DNA of 64,000 bases from the NCBI GenBank assembly GCA_017421025.1, contig JAFQME010000024.1, positions 68,134-132,133 on the forward strand, given 5' to 3'. Origin of the DNA: Oscillospiraceae bacterium (GTDB lineage: Bacteria > Bacillota > Clostridia > Oscillospirales > JAAYXM01). The notes below the pieces were generated by a model. That model made no database searches, had not been told where the DNA came from, and saw only the letters and a program-made list of their open reading frames with translations. Shown here in pieces: positions 51,508 through 61,063 of this stretch. Positions within the stretch are counted from its first letter, which is position 1. Each line of letters begins with the position of its first letter. The translations under genes and the position numbers were made by a program.

Positions 51508-51948
51508 ATGAAACTGCTCTTTATCTGTCACGGCAATATTTGCAGAAGCCCCATGGCGGAATATATCATGCGGGACTTGCTGGCAAAACACAAGGTTCAA
51601 GGCGTTGCCGTGGACTCCTGCGCCACCAGCACCGAGGAACTCGGAAACCCGGTCTATCCGCCTGCTAAGCGGAAACTGAAGGAACACGGCATCTCGTGCG
51701 ACGGTCATGCCGCACGCCAGGTAACAAAAGCGGACTACGCAAATCACGACAAACTCATCTGCATGGATGGGATGAACATTCGCAACCTCATGCGCATCAT
51801 CGGAAGTGACCCGGAGTGCAAGGTGTGTCTCCTCAAGGACTATACCACAGGCGGCAGTGTCGCCGACCCGTGGTACACCGGAGATTTTGAAACCACTTAC
51901 CGTGAAATCTTGGACGGCTGCACCGCCATTTTGGAGGAACTCAAATAA
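51508..51948 (+). CDS. Low-molecular-weight protein-tyrosine phosphatase
   Basis: CHGNICRSPMAE (CX5R-S) P-loop and a C-terminal DPWY motif. Confidence 0.85.
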   Translation: MKLLFICHGNICRSPMAEYIMRDLLAKHKVQGVAVDSCATSTEELGNPVYPPAKRKLKEHGISCDGHAARQVTKADYANHDKLICMDGMNIRNLMRIIGSDPECKVCLLKDYTTGGSVADPWYTGDFETTYREILDGCTAILEELK

Positions 51949-51950
51949 AA

Positions 51951-51971
51951 AAGACCGCAAATTGCGGTCTT
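51951..51971. terminator. Bidirectional hairpin terminator
   Basis: AAGACCGCA-AAT-TGCGGTCTT with an upstream A-run. Confidence 0.6.
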
Positions 51972-51973
51972 GG

Positions 51974-52180
51974 CTATTTGTGTTTTCGAGCGGGCTTGAC
52001 ATTGAGCGCCGAGTCGATTTCGCCGTCAATCACACCGTGTTCTGCTTCAAATGCCTTGATGTTGTCACGAATCAAAACCAAAATGTGGCTGTTGACCGAG
52101 CGCCCCTCGTAGTCTGCCACATACCCGATTTTCTCCAGCATTTCTTCTTCCAGCCGGATGGAAACACTTTTTACAGCCAT
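51974..52180 (-). CDS. Ribbon-helix-helix (CopG/Arc-type) DNA-binding protein
   Basis: MAVKSVSIRLEEEMLEKIGYVADYEGRSVNSHILVLIRDNI. GAGGTG RBS before ATG 52180. Confidence 0.65.
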   Translation of the reverse strand: MAVKSVSIRLEEEMLEKIGYVADYEGRSVNSHILVLIRDNIKAFEAEHGVIDGEIDSALNVKPARKHK

Positions 52181-52277
52181 ATTCGCACCTCTCATTTGTT
52201 TCTGTCTTTATTCTATTGCGAAAAACGGAGAAAATGTGTATAATAGATATACAGTATATCTAAAAGGAGATGATTTC

Positions 52278-52613
52278 ATGAAAGTAGCCGTCATCGGTTC
52301 ACGTGGTCTTGCCGTGGACGATTTGGGGAAATACCTACCCGAGGAAACCCGGGAAATCGTGTCCGGCGGTGCAAGGGGGATTGACACTTGCGCCCGTGAG
52401 TACGCACTCGCAAACGGACTGAAACTCACCGAATTCCTCCCCGAGTACGACAAATACGGCCGTGGCGCACCCTTAAAGCGCAACCTGCAAATCATCGAGT
52501 ATGCCGACCTGGTCCTTGCGTTTTGGGACGGGACCTCCCGTGGCACCAAATACGTCATTGACAACTGTAAAAAACAGGGGAAACCCGTAAGAATCTTCAT
52601 CACAAACGGCTAA
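52278..52613 (+). CDS. SLOG/DprA-like Rossmann-fold protein (DUF2493-like)
   Basis: MKVAVIGSRG...SGGARGIDTCAREYA...VLAFWDGTSRGTKYVI. AAAGGAG RBS. Confidence 0.65.
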   Translation: MKVAVIGSRGLAVDDLGKYLPEETREIVSGGARGIDTCAREYALANGLKLTEFLPEYDKYGRGAPLKRNLQIIEYADLVLAFWDGTSRGTKYVIDNCKKQGKPVRIFITNG

Positions 52614-52666
52614 CCGATTCGGCGGAGATATTTGCTGCCTTGCAGTTTTGAAACAGACAAAGAAAA

Positions 52667-52702
52667 AACACCGATCATCCTGATGGATATCGGTGTTTTT
52701 TT
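52667..52702 (+). terminator. Rho-independent terminator
   Basis: CACCGAT(C)ATCC-TGAT-GGATATCGGTG followed by T8. Confidence 0.7.
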
Positions 52703-52767
52703 GATGCAGTATTTGCGAAAAAGTGCGACTCAAAACCGATTTTTCCCTAAGCAAAGACGCCTTGCGT

Positions 52768-52956
52768 TCAGCCGTTTGTCATTTCTTCCTCTTCTTTGAT
52801 ATTTTCCAATGCAACACGCACCGCTTCAATTACAAAAGCGGTAAAAGTACAGTTTTTTCCAACGATAGCTGCTTCCACCTCATCAATGATATCGTTCGGA
52901 AAACGAACACATTTGTTGGTTGTGGGTGGAACGGATGGGATTTTGAATTTTTTCAT
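52768..52956 (-). CDS. Small RHH/Arc-like DNA-binding protein (hypothetical)
   Basis: MKKFKIPSVPPTTNKCVRFPNDIIDEVEAAI... has a beta-strand/helix pattern like RHH proteins. Start 52956 is preferred. Confidence 0.5.
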   Translation of the reverse strand: MKKFKIPSVPPTTNKCVRFPNDIIDEVEAAIVGKNCTFTAFVIEAVRVALENIKEEEEMTNG

Positions 52957-53080
52957 AGAATCACCCCTGCAATACAATTATATATAATTTCATATAAAAG
53001 ATTGCATAACAAATGTATTGCAATTTTGAAACGGCGGTGTTATAATGATGTCACAATCATTTTTATTGGAGGTATGTCCC

Positions 53081-53851
53081 ATGAACAAACGATTTCAAGG
53101 CTTACTTGCAGGGATTCTGGTCGGCATTTTGCTGACAAGCGGAGTCGCATTTGCAAAGGAAGCAACCGAGACCCTCAAGGTGGTTTACAACAACATCAAG
53201 ATCATCATTGACGGCAAAGAATACCATCCCACCGATGTCAACGGCAAGACCGTGGAACCCTTTATCTACCAAGGCACCACCTATCTGCCTGTCCGTGCAG
53301 TTGCCAATGCGTTTGACAAAGACGTAGCGTGGGATGCGCAAACCTGCACCGTTCTTCTCGGCAAGAAGAATTACGATTGGTTGGACCAAATGGGCTATGC
53401 TGATTACGAAACCACCGGAGCAAAAAACACCTTTTCCGCACTGCCGGCAGGAAGCGAAATGACAGACGGAATCAAATACGACCGTGGCATTTATTTTTAT
53501 CTCGAGAATTATTATGGGAGAGAAGGAACACGTGAAAACAACGATGGAAGCTTGGAAAACTTCCAGTCGGTTTCCTATCTCTTAAACGGGAAGTATGAAA
53601 GCTTTGTCGGCACTCTTGCAACATTGTATGATTATTATTCTCAAAGTGGCCGTGCTCAAATCAAATTCTACGGGGACGGAAAGCTTCTCTATTCCTCGCC
53701 AATCATTTCAGAGGGCACAAAATCCACCCCGTTTGATGTTTCGGTTTCCGGAATTAAACTGCTCGAAATCTCGGTCGAGTATGTAAATCCGGACAAAGGT
53801 TCTTCGGGGGTGATTCGCCCCGTCATTGCAGACGCAAGATTCTCGAAGTAA
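53081..53851 (+). CDS. Secreted stalk-domain (copper amine oxidase N-terminal-like) + NPCBM-like protein, paralog of 44948-45649
   Basis: Signal LLAGILVGILLTSGVAFA. GKTVEPFIYQGTTYLPVRAVANAFDKDVAWD. GGAGG RBS 8 nt before ATG 53081. Confidence 0.6.
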   Translation: MNKRFQGLLAGILVGILLTSGVAFAKEATETLKVVYNNIKIIIDGKEYHPTDVNGKTVEPFIYQGTTYLPVRAVANAFDKDVAWDAQTCTVLLGKKNYDWLDQMGYADYETTGAKNTFSALPAGSEMTDGIKYDRGIYFYLENYYGREGTRENNDGSLENFQSVSYLLNGKYESFVGTLATLYDYYSQSGRAQIKFYGDGKLLYSSPIISEGTKSTPFDVSVSGIKLLEISVEYVNPDKGSSGVIRPVIADARFSK

Positions 53852-53866
53852 TCAATATTTGACAAG

Positions 53867-53895
53867 AAAAGACCCGGCATATGCCGGGTCTTTTT
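53867..53895. terminator. Bidirectional terminator
   Basis: AAAA-GACCCGGCATATGCCGGGTC-TTTTT. Confidence 0.8.
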
Positions 53896-53899
53896 CGTC

Positions 53900-56341
53900 T
53901 TACTTCGTTCTTGCTTCAGCGCCGAGGTTTTTGGTAAGCTTCTTGGTCACGATATTGACCACAGCCTCGATTTCCTCGGTGGTGAGTGTCTTGTCGTCAG
54001 CGCCGATCTGAATGCGCAGGGTGACGGACTTTTTGTCCTCCGGCACGTGCTTGCCCTTGTATTCTTCCACAAAGAGCACATCACGGAGAGCCTTGGTCTG
54101 ACCCTTGCAGCCGAGTGCAGTCGCACGAATCTTTTCCCACGGTGTGTTGCGGTCAAAGAGCAGGGAGATGTCGTAATCGGTGATCGGGAATTCGGCGAGA
54201 TGCTCAAAGGAATTGGTGCGGGAGGTAAACGGCACAAGCTCATCGAGGTCCAACTCAAAGAGCATGACATAGCCTGTCTTGATTCCGCAGCTCAGTGCCG
54301 CCTTTTTGGCGAGGAGTGCGAGGTTTCCGACCTGCACATCCCCAACAAAGACGTTCAGCCAAACCACATCGTCTGCCCAAACCGGCTTGGTTTCCTGCTT
54401 CAGGGTGAAGCCTTCCATGTGGGTGTATCTCGGCATGAGTTCCACCGCACCCTTTGCACGGCGGAAGAGGGAGGTGACATCGTCGCCACCGCATACCCAA
54501 GCCGCAGCAAGCCCACGCTTCTGACTCGGGAGGAGTTCGTTTTCATAATACGGAGCGGAATAGCCCTCGTCACGAATGACCATTGCGGTCTCAAAAATCG
54601 CAAATTCATCGAAATAACGCTGGTTGTGCGCCACTGCCTTTGCCAGATTCGGCAATAAGGAGGAGCGGATGTAACGCTCGGTGGGCGAGGGCGGAGTGGA
54701 GAGCTGGAAGATGCCGGTGGTATCCTGCAGGATTGCATCCACACACTCATCACTCATCCACGGATAGGTGAAAATCTCCTGCATTCCGCAGCGGATAGCG
54801 AGATATTCCTTCGCCTTGCGCTCGATATCCACATCGAGCTGATTGATTGCACCCTCAAACGAGGTGGTAATCGGAGTTGCTTCGAAGTTCTCATAGCCAT
54901 ACATTCTCGCAACTTCTTCCATGATGTCCGCCTTGATGGAGACATCGCCGGTGGAGCGCCAGGAGGGGACGGTGATGTGCATCATATCTCCCTCAAATGC
55001 AACGGTATAACCCATCGCACCCATCTTCTTTGCAATGGTCTCATTCGGGATGCGCTTGCCAAGACGGCTTTCCAACCAGGAGAGGGAAACCTCAATGTTT
55101 GCACACTCAAGTTTTTTGGGATAAGTATCCGAGAATGCGGTCACTTCCACTTCCGGATAAAGCTCCCCGAAGAGCTCCATGGAAAGGGAAAGCGCCAAGT
55201 CGCAACGCTCAGGGTCAATGCCCTTTTCGTAGCGGGAGACCGCCTCGGTGCGGTTGTCGTAACGCAGAGCGGTACGGCGTACACCCGGTGCCGCAAAGTT
55301 TGCAATCTCCAAAATTACGGTCTTGGTGGTGGGGAGGACCGAGTCCTTCGCACCGCCCATGACACCTGCAAGACCCACGGGACTCTGTGTATCCGCAATG
55401 ACCAAATCGTCCTCACAGAGAGCAAGCTCCTTGCCGTTTAAGAGCAAGAGTTCTTCCTCGTTCTTTGCACGGCGTACCACGATATGGTCTTTGATGTTAT
55501 CTTTATCAAATGCATGGGTGGGCTGACCCACTGCCATCATGACATAGTTTGTAATGTCAACCAGCGCATTGATGGGGCGCTGACCCACACGCCAAAGCAT
55601 GGTCTGCATCGCAAACGGGGATGCCTTGACACTCAGATTCGAGAGCTCCACACCGATGTAGCGGGGGCAACGCTCAAGATCCGCCACCTCGATGGTGAGC
55701 GGTGCGACAGCCGGCACTTCATACGGCTTGATCTCTTTTAAGGGCAAGTCATAGAGCGCTGCAAGCTCTCGTGCAATGCCGTAGTGACCCCACAGGTCCG
55801 GACGGTTGGTGAGGGACTTGTTGTCGATCTCCAAAATCATATCCGAAAGACCGAGTGCTTCCGCAATCGGGGTGCCGGCAGGTGCATCAAACGCCGAGAG
55901 GTCCACAATGGTGGCTTCTTCCTCAAACGGGAACAGGTCAAACAGCCCGATCTCGGAGGAGGCACAAATCATGCCGTAACTCTCCACACCACGCAATTTT
56001 GCAAGCCCGATTTTGACCGGCTCGCCTTCGCCGTGCCAACGCACCATTGCGCCCGGGCAAGCGACTGCGACTTTCATGCCGGCTTCCAGATTCGAGCCGC
56101 CGCATACGATGTCTTTGATTTCGGTGCCGATATCCACCTTACAGATGCGGAGCTTTTCCGCATTCGGATGCGGGAGCACTTCGGTGATTTGACCCACAAT
56201 GATGTTCTGGAATTCGTCTGCCAGGTTGGTAACACCCTCCACCTCGACGGTTGCCATGGTCAGGTCATACGCAAGGCGGGAGAGGTCCATATCCTCGGGC
56301 AAAGCAACATATTCTTTGATCCAATTCAGTGAAACTTTCAT
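53900..56341 (-). CDS. pheT: Phenylalanine--tRNA ligase beta subunit
   Basis: MKVSLNWIKEYV start. tRNA-binding, B3/4, B5 and FDX-ACB layout. 813 aa. Downstream of pheS. Confidence 0.95.
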   Translation of the reverse strand: MKVSLNWIKEYVALPEDMDLSRLAYDLTMATVEVEGVTNLADEFQNIIVGQITEVLPHPNAEKLRICKVDIGTEIKDIVCGGSNLEAGMKVAVACPGAMVRWHGEGEPVKIGLAKLRGVESYGMICASSEIGLFDLFPFEEEATIVDLSAFDAPAGTPIAEALGLSDMILEIDNKSLTNRPDLWGHYGIARELAALYDLPLKEIKPYEVPAVAPLTIEVADLERCPRYIGVELSNLSVKASPFAMQTMLWRVGQRPINALVDITNYVMMAVGQPTHAFDKDNIKDHIVVRRAKNEEELLLLNGKELALCEDDLVIADTQSPVGLAGVMGGAKDSVLPTTKTVILEIANFAAPGVRRTALRYDNRTEAVSRYEKGIDPERCDLALSLSMELFGELYPEVEVTAFSDTYPKKLECANIEVSLSWLESRLGKRIPNETIAKKMGAMGYTVAFEGDMMHITVPSWRSTGDVSIKADIMEEVARMYGYENFEATPITTSFEGAINQLDVDIERKAKEYLAIRCGMQEIFTYPWMSDECVDAILQDTTGIFQLSTPPSPTERYIRSSLLPNLAKAVAHNQRYFDEFAIFETAMVIRDEGYSAPYYENELLPSQKRGLAAAWVCGGDDVTSLFRRAKGAVELMPRYTHMEGFTLKQETKPVWADDVVWLNVFVGDVQVGNLALLAKKAALSCGIKTGYVMLFELDLDELVPFTSRTNSFEHLAEFPITDYDISLLFDRNTPWEKIRATALGCKGQTKALRDVLFVEEYKGKHVPEDKKSVTLRIQIGADDKTLTTEEIEAVVNIVTKKLTKNLGAEARTK

Positions 56342-56356
56342 ATCAGAAACCCTCCA

Positions 56357-57394
56357 TTAACGGAACTGGGACAGGAAACGCAAATCGGTGCTGTGGAACA
56401 GACGAACGTCATCCACACCGTAGCGCATCATGACCAAACGGTCGAGACCGATGTTGACATAGAAGCCGGTGTATTCATCCGGGTCCAGCCCTGCCGCACG
56501 CAGAACATTCGGGTGCGGAGTGCCGCCCGGCATGATCTCGATCCAACCCACGTGCTTACATACGCTGCAGCCCTTTCCGCCGCAGACCAAGCAGCCCATG
56601 TCGATTTCAAAGCCCGGCTCAACAAACGGGAAGAAGCCCGCACGCATACGGACCGGGACATCCTGCCCGAATACTTTGGAGAGAATGCTCTTGATCATGA
56701 CCTTACCTGCGGTGAAGGTGAGGTTCTTATCCACGATGAGTGCTTCATACTGGAAGAATGCACGCTCATGGCGAGCATCGGTGGTTTCGTTGCGGTACAC
56801 ACGACCCGGGTACACAAAACGGTACGGGGGCTTGTGAGTACGCATATAGCGCACGCTCTCACCGGTCAGGTGCGGACGCAGGCAGAGCTTTTTGTCTGCA
56901 TCGCCGGTATCATGCCCCTCCAGCCAATAGGTATCCATGCTTTCACGAGCGGGATGGGCAGGGGGGAAGTTTAAGGTGTCAAACGCAGAATACTCACTGG
57001 TGATATCCGAGCCTGCGAAAATCTCAAATCCCATGGAACGGAATGCATCGTTTAAGTCGTAGCACATCTGGGTGATAGGATGAAGCGCACCGCCGGAGGG
57101 CAGTGTGCCCGGAACCGTGACGTCAAAATCCGCCGGGATTGCCGCACTCTTAAGCTTTAATTCCTCACGCTGGGATTCCACCAGGTCGGAAAGCTCGTTC
57201 TTTGCGGCGTTGACCGCCTGACCGAATTCACGACGCTCCTCGGGTGCAAGACCCGGAAGTCCCTTCATCAGCTCGGTAATTGAGCCCTTTTTCCCAAGGT
57301 ATGCCGCCTTGATTTCCTGAAGTTCAACTTCATTCTTTGCAGCGAGGATTTTTTCCTTGCCTTCTGCTGCGAGAAGTTGCAATTTCTCTTTCAT
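56357..57394 (-). CDS. pheS: Phenylalanine--tRNA ligase alpha subunit
   Basis: Class II motifs (FPPAHPARESMDTYW, RPHLTG, GFFPFVEPG, GLDRLVMM). ATG 57394 has GGAGG at an 8-nt spacing (ATG 57400 is an alternative). Confidence 0.95.
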   Translation of the reverse strand: MKEKLQLLAAEGKEKILAAKNEVELQEIKAAYLGKKGSITELMKGLPGLAPEERREFGQAVNAAKNELSDLVESQREELKLKSAAIPADFDVTVPGTLPSGGALHPITQMCYDLNDAFRSMGFEIFAGSDITSEYSAFDTLNFPPAHPARESMDTYWLEGHDTGDADKKLCLRPHLTGESVRYMRTHKPPYRFVYPGRVYRNETTDARHERAFFQYEALIVDKNLTFTAGKVMIKSILSKVFGQDVPVRMRAGFFPFVEPGFEIDMGCLVCGGKGCSVCKHVGWIEIMPGGTPHPNVLRAAGLDPDEYTGFYVNIGLDRLVMMRYGVDDVRLFHSTDLRFLSQFR

Positions 57395-57440
57395 ATCCAT
57401 TGCCTCCGTTTTCTACGGTAGTAAGTGTCTTAACCAAATA

Positions 57441-57469
57441 ATTATAGTATAATCGCCATAAATTGTCAA
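57441..57469 (-). promoter_or_regulatory. Consensus sigma-70 promoter (TTGACA-17-TATAAT) upstream of pheST
   Basis: Minus-strand TTGACA 57469-57464 and TATAAT 57446-57441. It overlaps the stop of the upstream gene. Confidence 0.65.
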
Positions 57470-58728
57470 TTCCTCGTGCACAGGTTCTCTTTCTGCATCA
57501 AGTAGAGTTCTTCGGTTGCAAAAGCGAGCTTGGTCACCACGTTTTGCTTTGTGGGATAGCAGTAAAACGAGTCGTTTTCGGTGGAGATATCAAAGCAGTC
57601 CTCGGGCCGCAGATAGCAGTAGTCGTATTCAATGTGGAGGGAATTGATTTCCCGAGGGGTACGGGTGATTTCATACTCCTCACCACGGTACACCCCACGC
57701 AGGGTAAACCCGTTTGCATCATGGGTCACTGTCGCATTCCCCAACTTCTCAAACTTCCAGCAGCGTGGCATGGAGTAGACCTCCACCTCATCGGAGAACG
57801 AATACCTGCCCTCACGCACCTCACGTCTGACATTCTCACGCTCCCAGAAAAACCAGTCGGGGACATGGGAAAACTCGGTGTTTCCGTCGTTTGCGGAAAG
57901 ACTTCCGTCCTCACCCAAGGTCCAACGCTTTCCGCAAGCGCCGCAAATCAGCTCACAGCCGTTGGAGTCCATCCGGTGCTCGGTCATACAGTGCGGACAC
58001 TGATAGAGGATTTTGTGCATCCCCTCAGCTCGGAACGGCTCGGTGACACGAATGTTCTGCTCGCTCTGATAGCGGTAGTCGTTGTAAGAAAACGCAGCAC
58101 GGATGCGGGCGTTGATTTCCTCCACCGAAAGGGTGGCTGCCTCTTCGGCGGTGAGTACCTGTGTGTAAACGCTGTGCAAAGGTGCCTTGCGTTTCTTGCG
58201 GAAGTTCCAAAACGGGGAGTGCAGGTAGTTTCCGTGATGGATGCACACCACCACCGGTACCTGATTCATCCGAATCAGTTTCCCCAGACTCTCGGGCAAA
58301 AACGAAGTCACACCGCACGGGGAATAGCGTGCTTCCGGATACATCCCAAGAATGTCGCCACGGGAAAGCACCTTGCGGATGGATTTCACCAAGTGCAAAT
58401 CGGCGGTGAACTTTCGGGTGCAAATCGCACCGATGAGCTCCATCAGCCATGGCCTGCGATAATACCCGTCAATACTCACCACGTTGTTCACACGATGCGG
58501 AAACGTGGCAAGTGCCGTGAGTTCAAAATCAATGAAATACATATGATTGGAGAGAAGCATGTACGGAGGCTTGAGTCCCTCCATGTTTACTTTGGTAATT
58601 TTGTATTTTTTTCCCATTAACACAAACTTGGAAAGCAACCAAATCAGCCACACAATGATGAGCGGCTGACGAATCGGATATTTTGCGGTTTGATAGCGTT
58701 TTTTGTTTTTATAATTCACTTCTTTCAT
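57466..58728 (-). CDS. Lysophospholipid (1-acyl-glycerol-3-phosphate-type) acyltransferase family protein
   Basis: NHMYFID (HX4D) motif and an N-terminal TM. Start 58728 chosen (the ORF is open to 58791). Confidence 0.7.
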   Translation of the reverse strand: MKEVNYKNKKRYQTAKYPIRQPLIIVWLIWLLSKFVLMGKKYKITKVNMEGLKPPYMLLSNHMYFIDFELTALATFPHRVNNVVSIDGYYRRPWLMELIGAICTRKFTADLHLVKSIRKVLSRGDILGMYPEARYSPCGVTSFLPESLGKLIRMNQVPVVVCIHHGNYLHSPFWNFRKKRKAPLHSVYTQVLTAEEAATLSVEEINARIRAAFSYNDYRYQSEQNIRVTEPFRAEGMHKILYQCPHCMTEHRMDSNGCELICGACGKRWTLGEDGSLSANDGNTEFSHVPDWFFWERENVRREVREGRYSFSDEVEVYSMPRCWKFEKLGNATVTHDANGFTLRGVYRGEEYEITRTPREINSLHIEYDYCYLRPEDCFDISTENDSFYCYPTKQNVVTKLAFATEELYLMQKENLCTRN

Positions 58729-58823
58729 CTCATTCACCCCATATGAGTGTAACCGATTTCCATGTAAAAAGCAAGGTTGAATCTTTGCCAAAACAGTGGT
58801 ACAATTTCCATGGAGGAGATTGT

Positions 58824-59696
58824 ATGATTACCATAACACTCATCATCAGTTTTGTGTGTTTTTATCTTGCGTTTTACGCACCCAAAAACAAGAAAAAAGG
58901 GCTCCACCTCTTTGATTACGGAATGCTTGAGCCGTACCGAGATACCCTCTCTGCATGGAGCGCCGAGGCGGAATCACTTCCGCACACCGATGTGAAAATC
59001 AAGTCGTTTGACGGACTCACCCTTTGTGGAAAGTTCTACGAATACGCTCCGGACGCCACCGTAGAGCTTTTGATGCACGGCTACCGTGGTACCGCTGAGC
59101 GGGACCTGTGCGGTGCGGTCCAGCGCTGCTTCGCCTTGGGGCACAGCGCCTTGATTGTGGACCAACGTGCCTGCGGAAACAGTGAAGGGCGTGTCATCAC
59201 CTTTGGGGTGAAAGAATATCGGGACTGTCTCTCGTGGGTGGAATTTCTGAGCCCCCGCCGCATCCTCTTGGGCGGCATCTCCATGGGTGCCTCCACCGTG
59301 CTGATTGCAGCGGGAAAACCCCTCCCGGAAAACGTGGTCGGCGTGCTTGCCGATTGCGGATACTCCTCGGCACGTGAAATCATCTGTACCGTCATCCGTG
59401 GGATGCATCTTCCGCCACGTCTTGCCTATCCGTTTGTCCGCCTTGGCGCAAGACTCTTTGGCGGATTTGACCCGGATTCCGAGAGCCCGCTCAAATCCCT
59501 GGAAACCTGCACCCTCCCTGTGGTATTCCTCCACGGCGAGGCAGACGACTTCGTCCCGTGTGACATGAGCCGCAGGATGTATGAAGCCTGCCCCTCCAAG
59601 AAGAAATTCATTTCCTTCCCCAAAGCGGGCCACGGCATGAGTTATCTGGTGGACGGAGACCGCTATCTCCAAGAACTCAAAGACTTTTGGGCATAA
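58824..59696 (+). CDS. Alpha/beta hydrolase (membrane-anchored)
   Basis: GISMGA nucleophile elbow and an N-terminal TM. GGAGGAG RBS before ATG 58824. Confidence 0.75.
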   Translation: MITITLIISFVCFYLAFYAPKNKKKGLHLFDYGMLEPYRDTLSAWSAEAESLPHTDVKIKSFDGLTLCGKFYEYAPDATVELLMHGYRGTAERDLCGAVQRCFALGHSALIVDQRACGNSEGRVITFGVKEYRDCLSWVEFLSPRRILLGGISMGASTVLIAAGKPLPENVVGVLADCGYSSAREIICTVIRGMHLPPRLAYPFVRLGARLFGGFDPDSESPLKSLETCTLPVVFLHGEADDFVPCDMSRRMYEACPSKKKFISFPKAGHGMSYLVDGDRYLQELKDFWA

Positions 59697-59733
59697 AAAA
59701 ACTCCCTTGACTCGGTCAAGGGAGTTTTTCTTG

Positions 59734-61050
59734 TTACAGAGAATTGATGAGGGCGAGGGTCTCACGCACGATTTGTTCTGCAGTGCCCTCGGCAAAGTCG
59801 GTACTGACCACCTCGTAGCCACCCTCGTCAAAGGCGGATTGGGTGGGGAAGTATGCCTCATCTCCGTTACTGCAGCATGTGGTGATGGTAAAGTCAAACT
59901 TTGAGCCTGCCTTAATCTGCACACCCACATCGGTAAACGGCTCGCCCGGGACGGTGGAGAATACCGCACCGCCTGCCGAAATCGCAACGAGCGGGAGGGA
60001 AACTTCGTCCGGGAAATCTTTGACACGCACAATGCGCTCGGCTTCGGAGACCACCTCGATTTTGCGCATTCCCTCATACTCGGGAGTTGCGGCATCTAAC
60101 CCCTGCTCCTGATAAATCTTGGAGCGGCGGATGGCATCTTCCAACTGGTCGGGCGTCCCCTTGTTGTAACGTGCCATCAGGGGAACTTCTTTGAAATTCA
60201 CCTTACCGTCACGCACCGGCTTTGCAAGCTCGTAGTTGGAAATGACCGAGCAGGCAATTTTCTTGCCCATGTACTTGGCACGCTCATAGCCGTAAACCAA
60301 ATCGGTTTCTGCATCGAGCGACACGTCGATGTGGTTGGTGTCGCCCTGCGCACCGTTTAAGTACACACAGTAGGAATTCGGAATGAGGGTTTCGTAAGTA
60401 TCACGCACAAACTTGATATAGTCCGCACTCACCTTGCAGCCGCCGATGACATCCGGATGCACCTGGAAGGTGACAATGCCGATTTCCGGCTTGTTTTCAC
60501 GCTTTAAGATGAGAAGCTGACTCTCTTCGTCGGTATTGCCGAGGACATGGTCAATGTTTGGGTTGCGAAGTCCCGGGTTGGTCTGGACCGAGCCGTCCTT
60601 CATGCGGAAGCGGCGGACAAATGCGACGTCCTCGACTCTGCCGCGGCACACCAGCATCTCGGTGGGGACCACGTCTTCGAGTGCCATCACAGCCGCATCG
60701 CACAGACGCTTTTGGAACCAAAGGTTGTATTCCTCGTTTTCCAAAGAGCCGTCCGAATTACGGGAGGATTCGGGACCTAAATGTGTGTGCGAACAGGTGA
60801 GGGAAATCGCCTCATACGGCAGCCCGGTCGCATCTGCAATCGCTTTGCGTACCTCGGTCGCAAAACTGAGACGGATTCCCAAATGATCGAGTGCAAACAG
60901 CACCGCTTTTTTCTCCCCATCGTCAAATGCGATTGCGGAAGCATACAGCGGATCGAGCACCCCGTCCATCGGGCGCACTTCAAAATATCCCGCCACCTTT
61001 GTCCCAAAGGTAGGGGTAATGTCAACTCTTGCAAAACCCGTTTTTAACAT
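59734..61050 (-). CDS. Neutral/alkaline-ceramidase-N-terminal-like hydrolase (paralog A, uncharacterised)
   Basis: GFARVDITPTFGTKVAGYF...LDPLYASAIAF...CSHTHLGP pattern. 438 aa. Confidence 0.55.
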   Translation of the reverse strand: MLKTGFARVDITPTFGTKVAGYFEVRPMDGVLDPLYASAIAFDDGEKKAVLFALDHLGIRLSFATEVRKAIADATGLPYEAISLTCSHTHLGPESSRNSDGSLENEEYNLWFQKRLCDAAVMALEDVVPTEMLVCRGRVEDVAFVRRFRMKDGSVQTNPGLRNPNIDHVLGNTDEESQLLILKRENKPEIGIVTFQVHPDVIGGCKVSADYIKFVRDTYETLIPNSYCVYLNGAQGDTNHIDVSLDAETDLVYGYERAKYMGKKIACSVISNYELAKPVRDGKVNFKEVPLMARYNKGTPDQLEDAIRRSKIYQEQGLDAATPEYEGMRKIEVVSEAERIVRVKDFPDEVSLPLVAISAGGAVFSTVPGEPFTDVGVQIKAGSKFDFTITTCCSNGDEAYFPTQSAFDEGGYEVVSTDFAEGTAEQIVRETLALINSL

Positions 61051-61063
61051 AATGCATTCTCCT

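Noticed and set aside
57401-57465. T-box leader expected upstream of pheS
   Set aside because: Only 65 nt separate pheS from the upstream gene. That space holds a consensus promoter and RBS but no specifier or T-box elements.
57463-58620. 385-aa plus-strand ORF antisense to the acyltransferase gene, and similar long shadow ORFs (58974-60095 minus, 39148-40281 minus, 40376-41134 plus, 32547-33527 minus, 61019-61672 plus)
   Set aside because: Each lies antisense or out of frame within a gene that has clear family motifs. They have no RBS and low-complexity Arg/His/Gly-rich composition.
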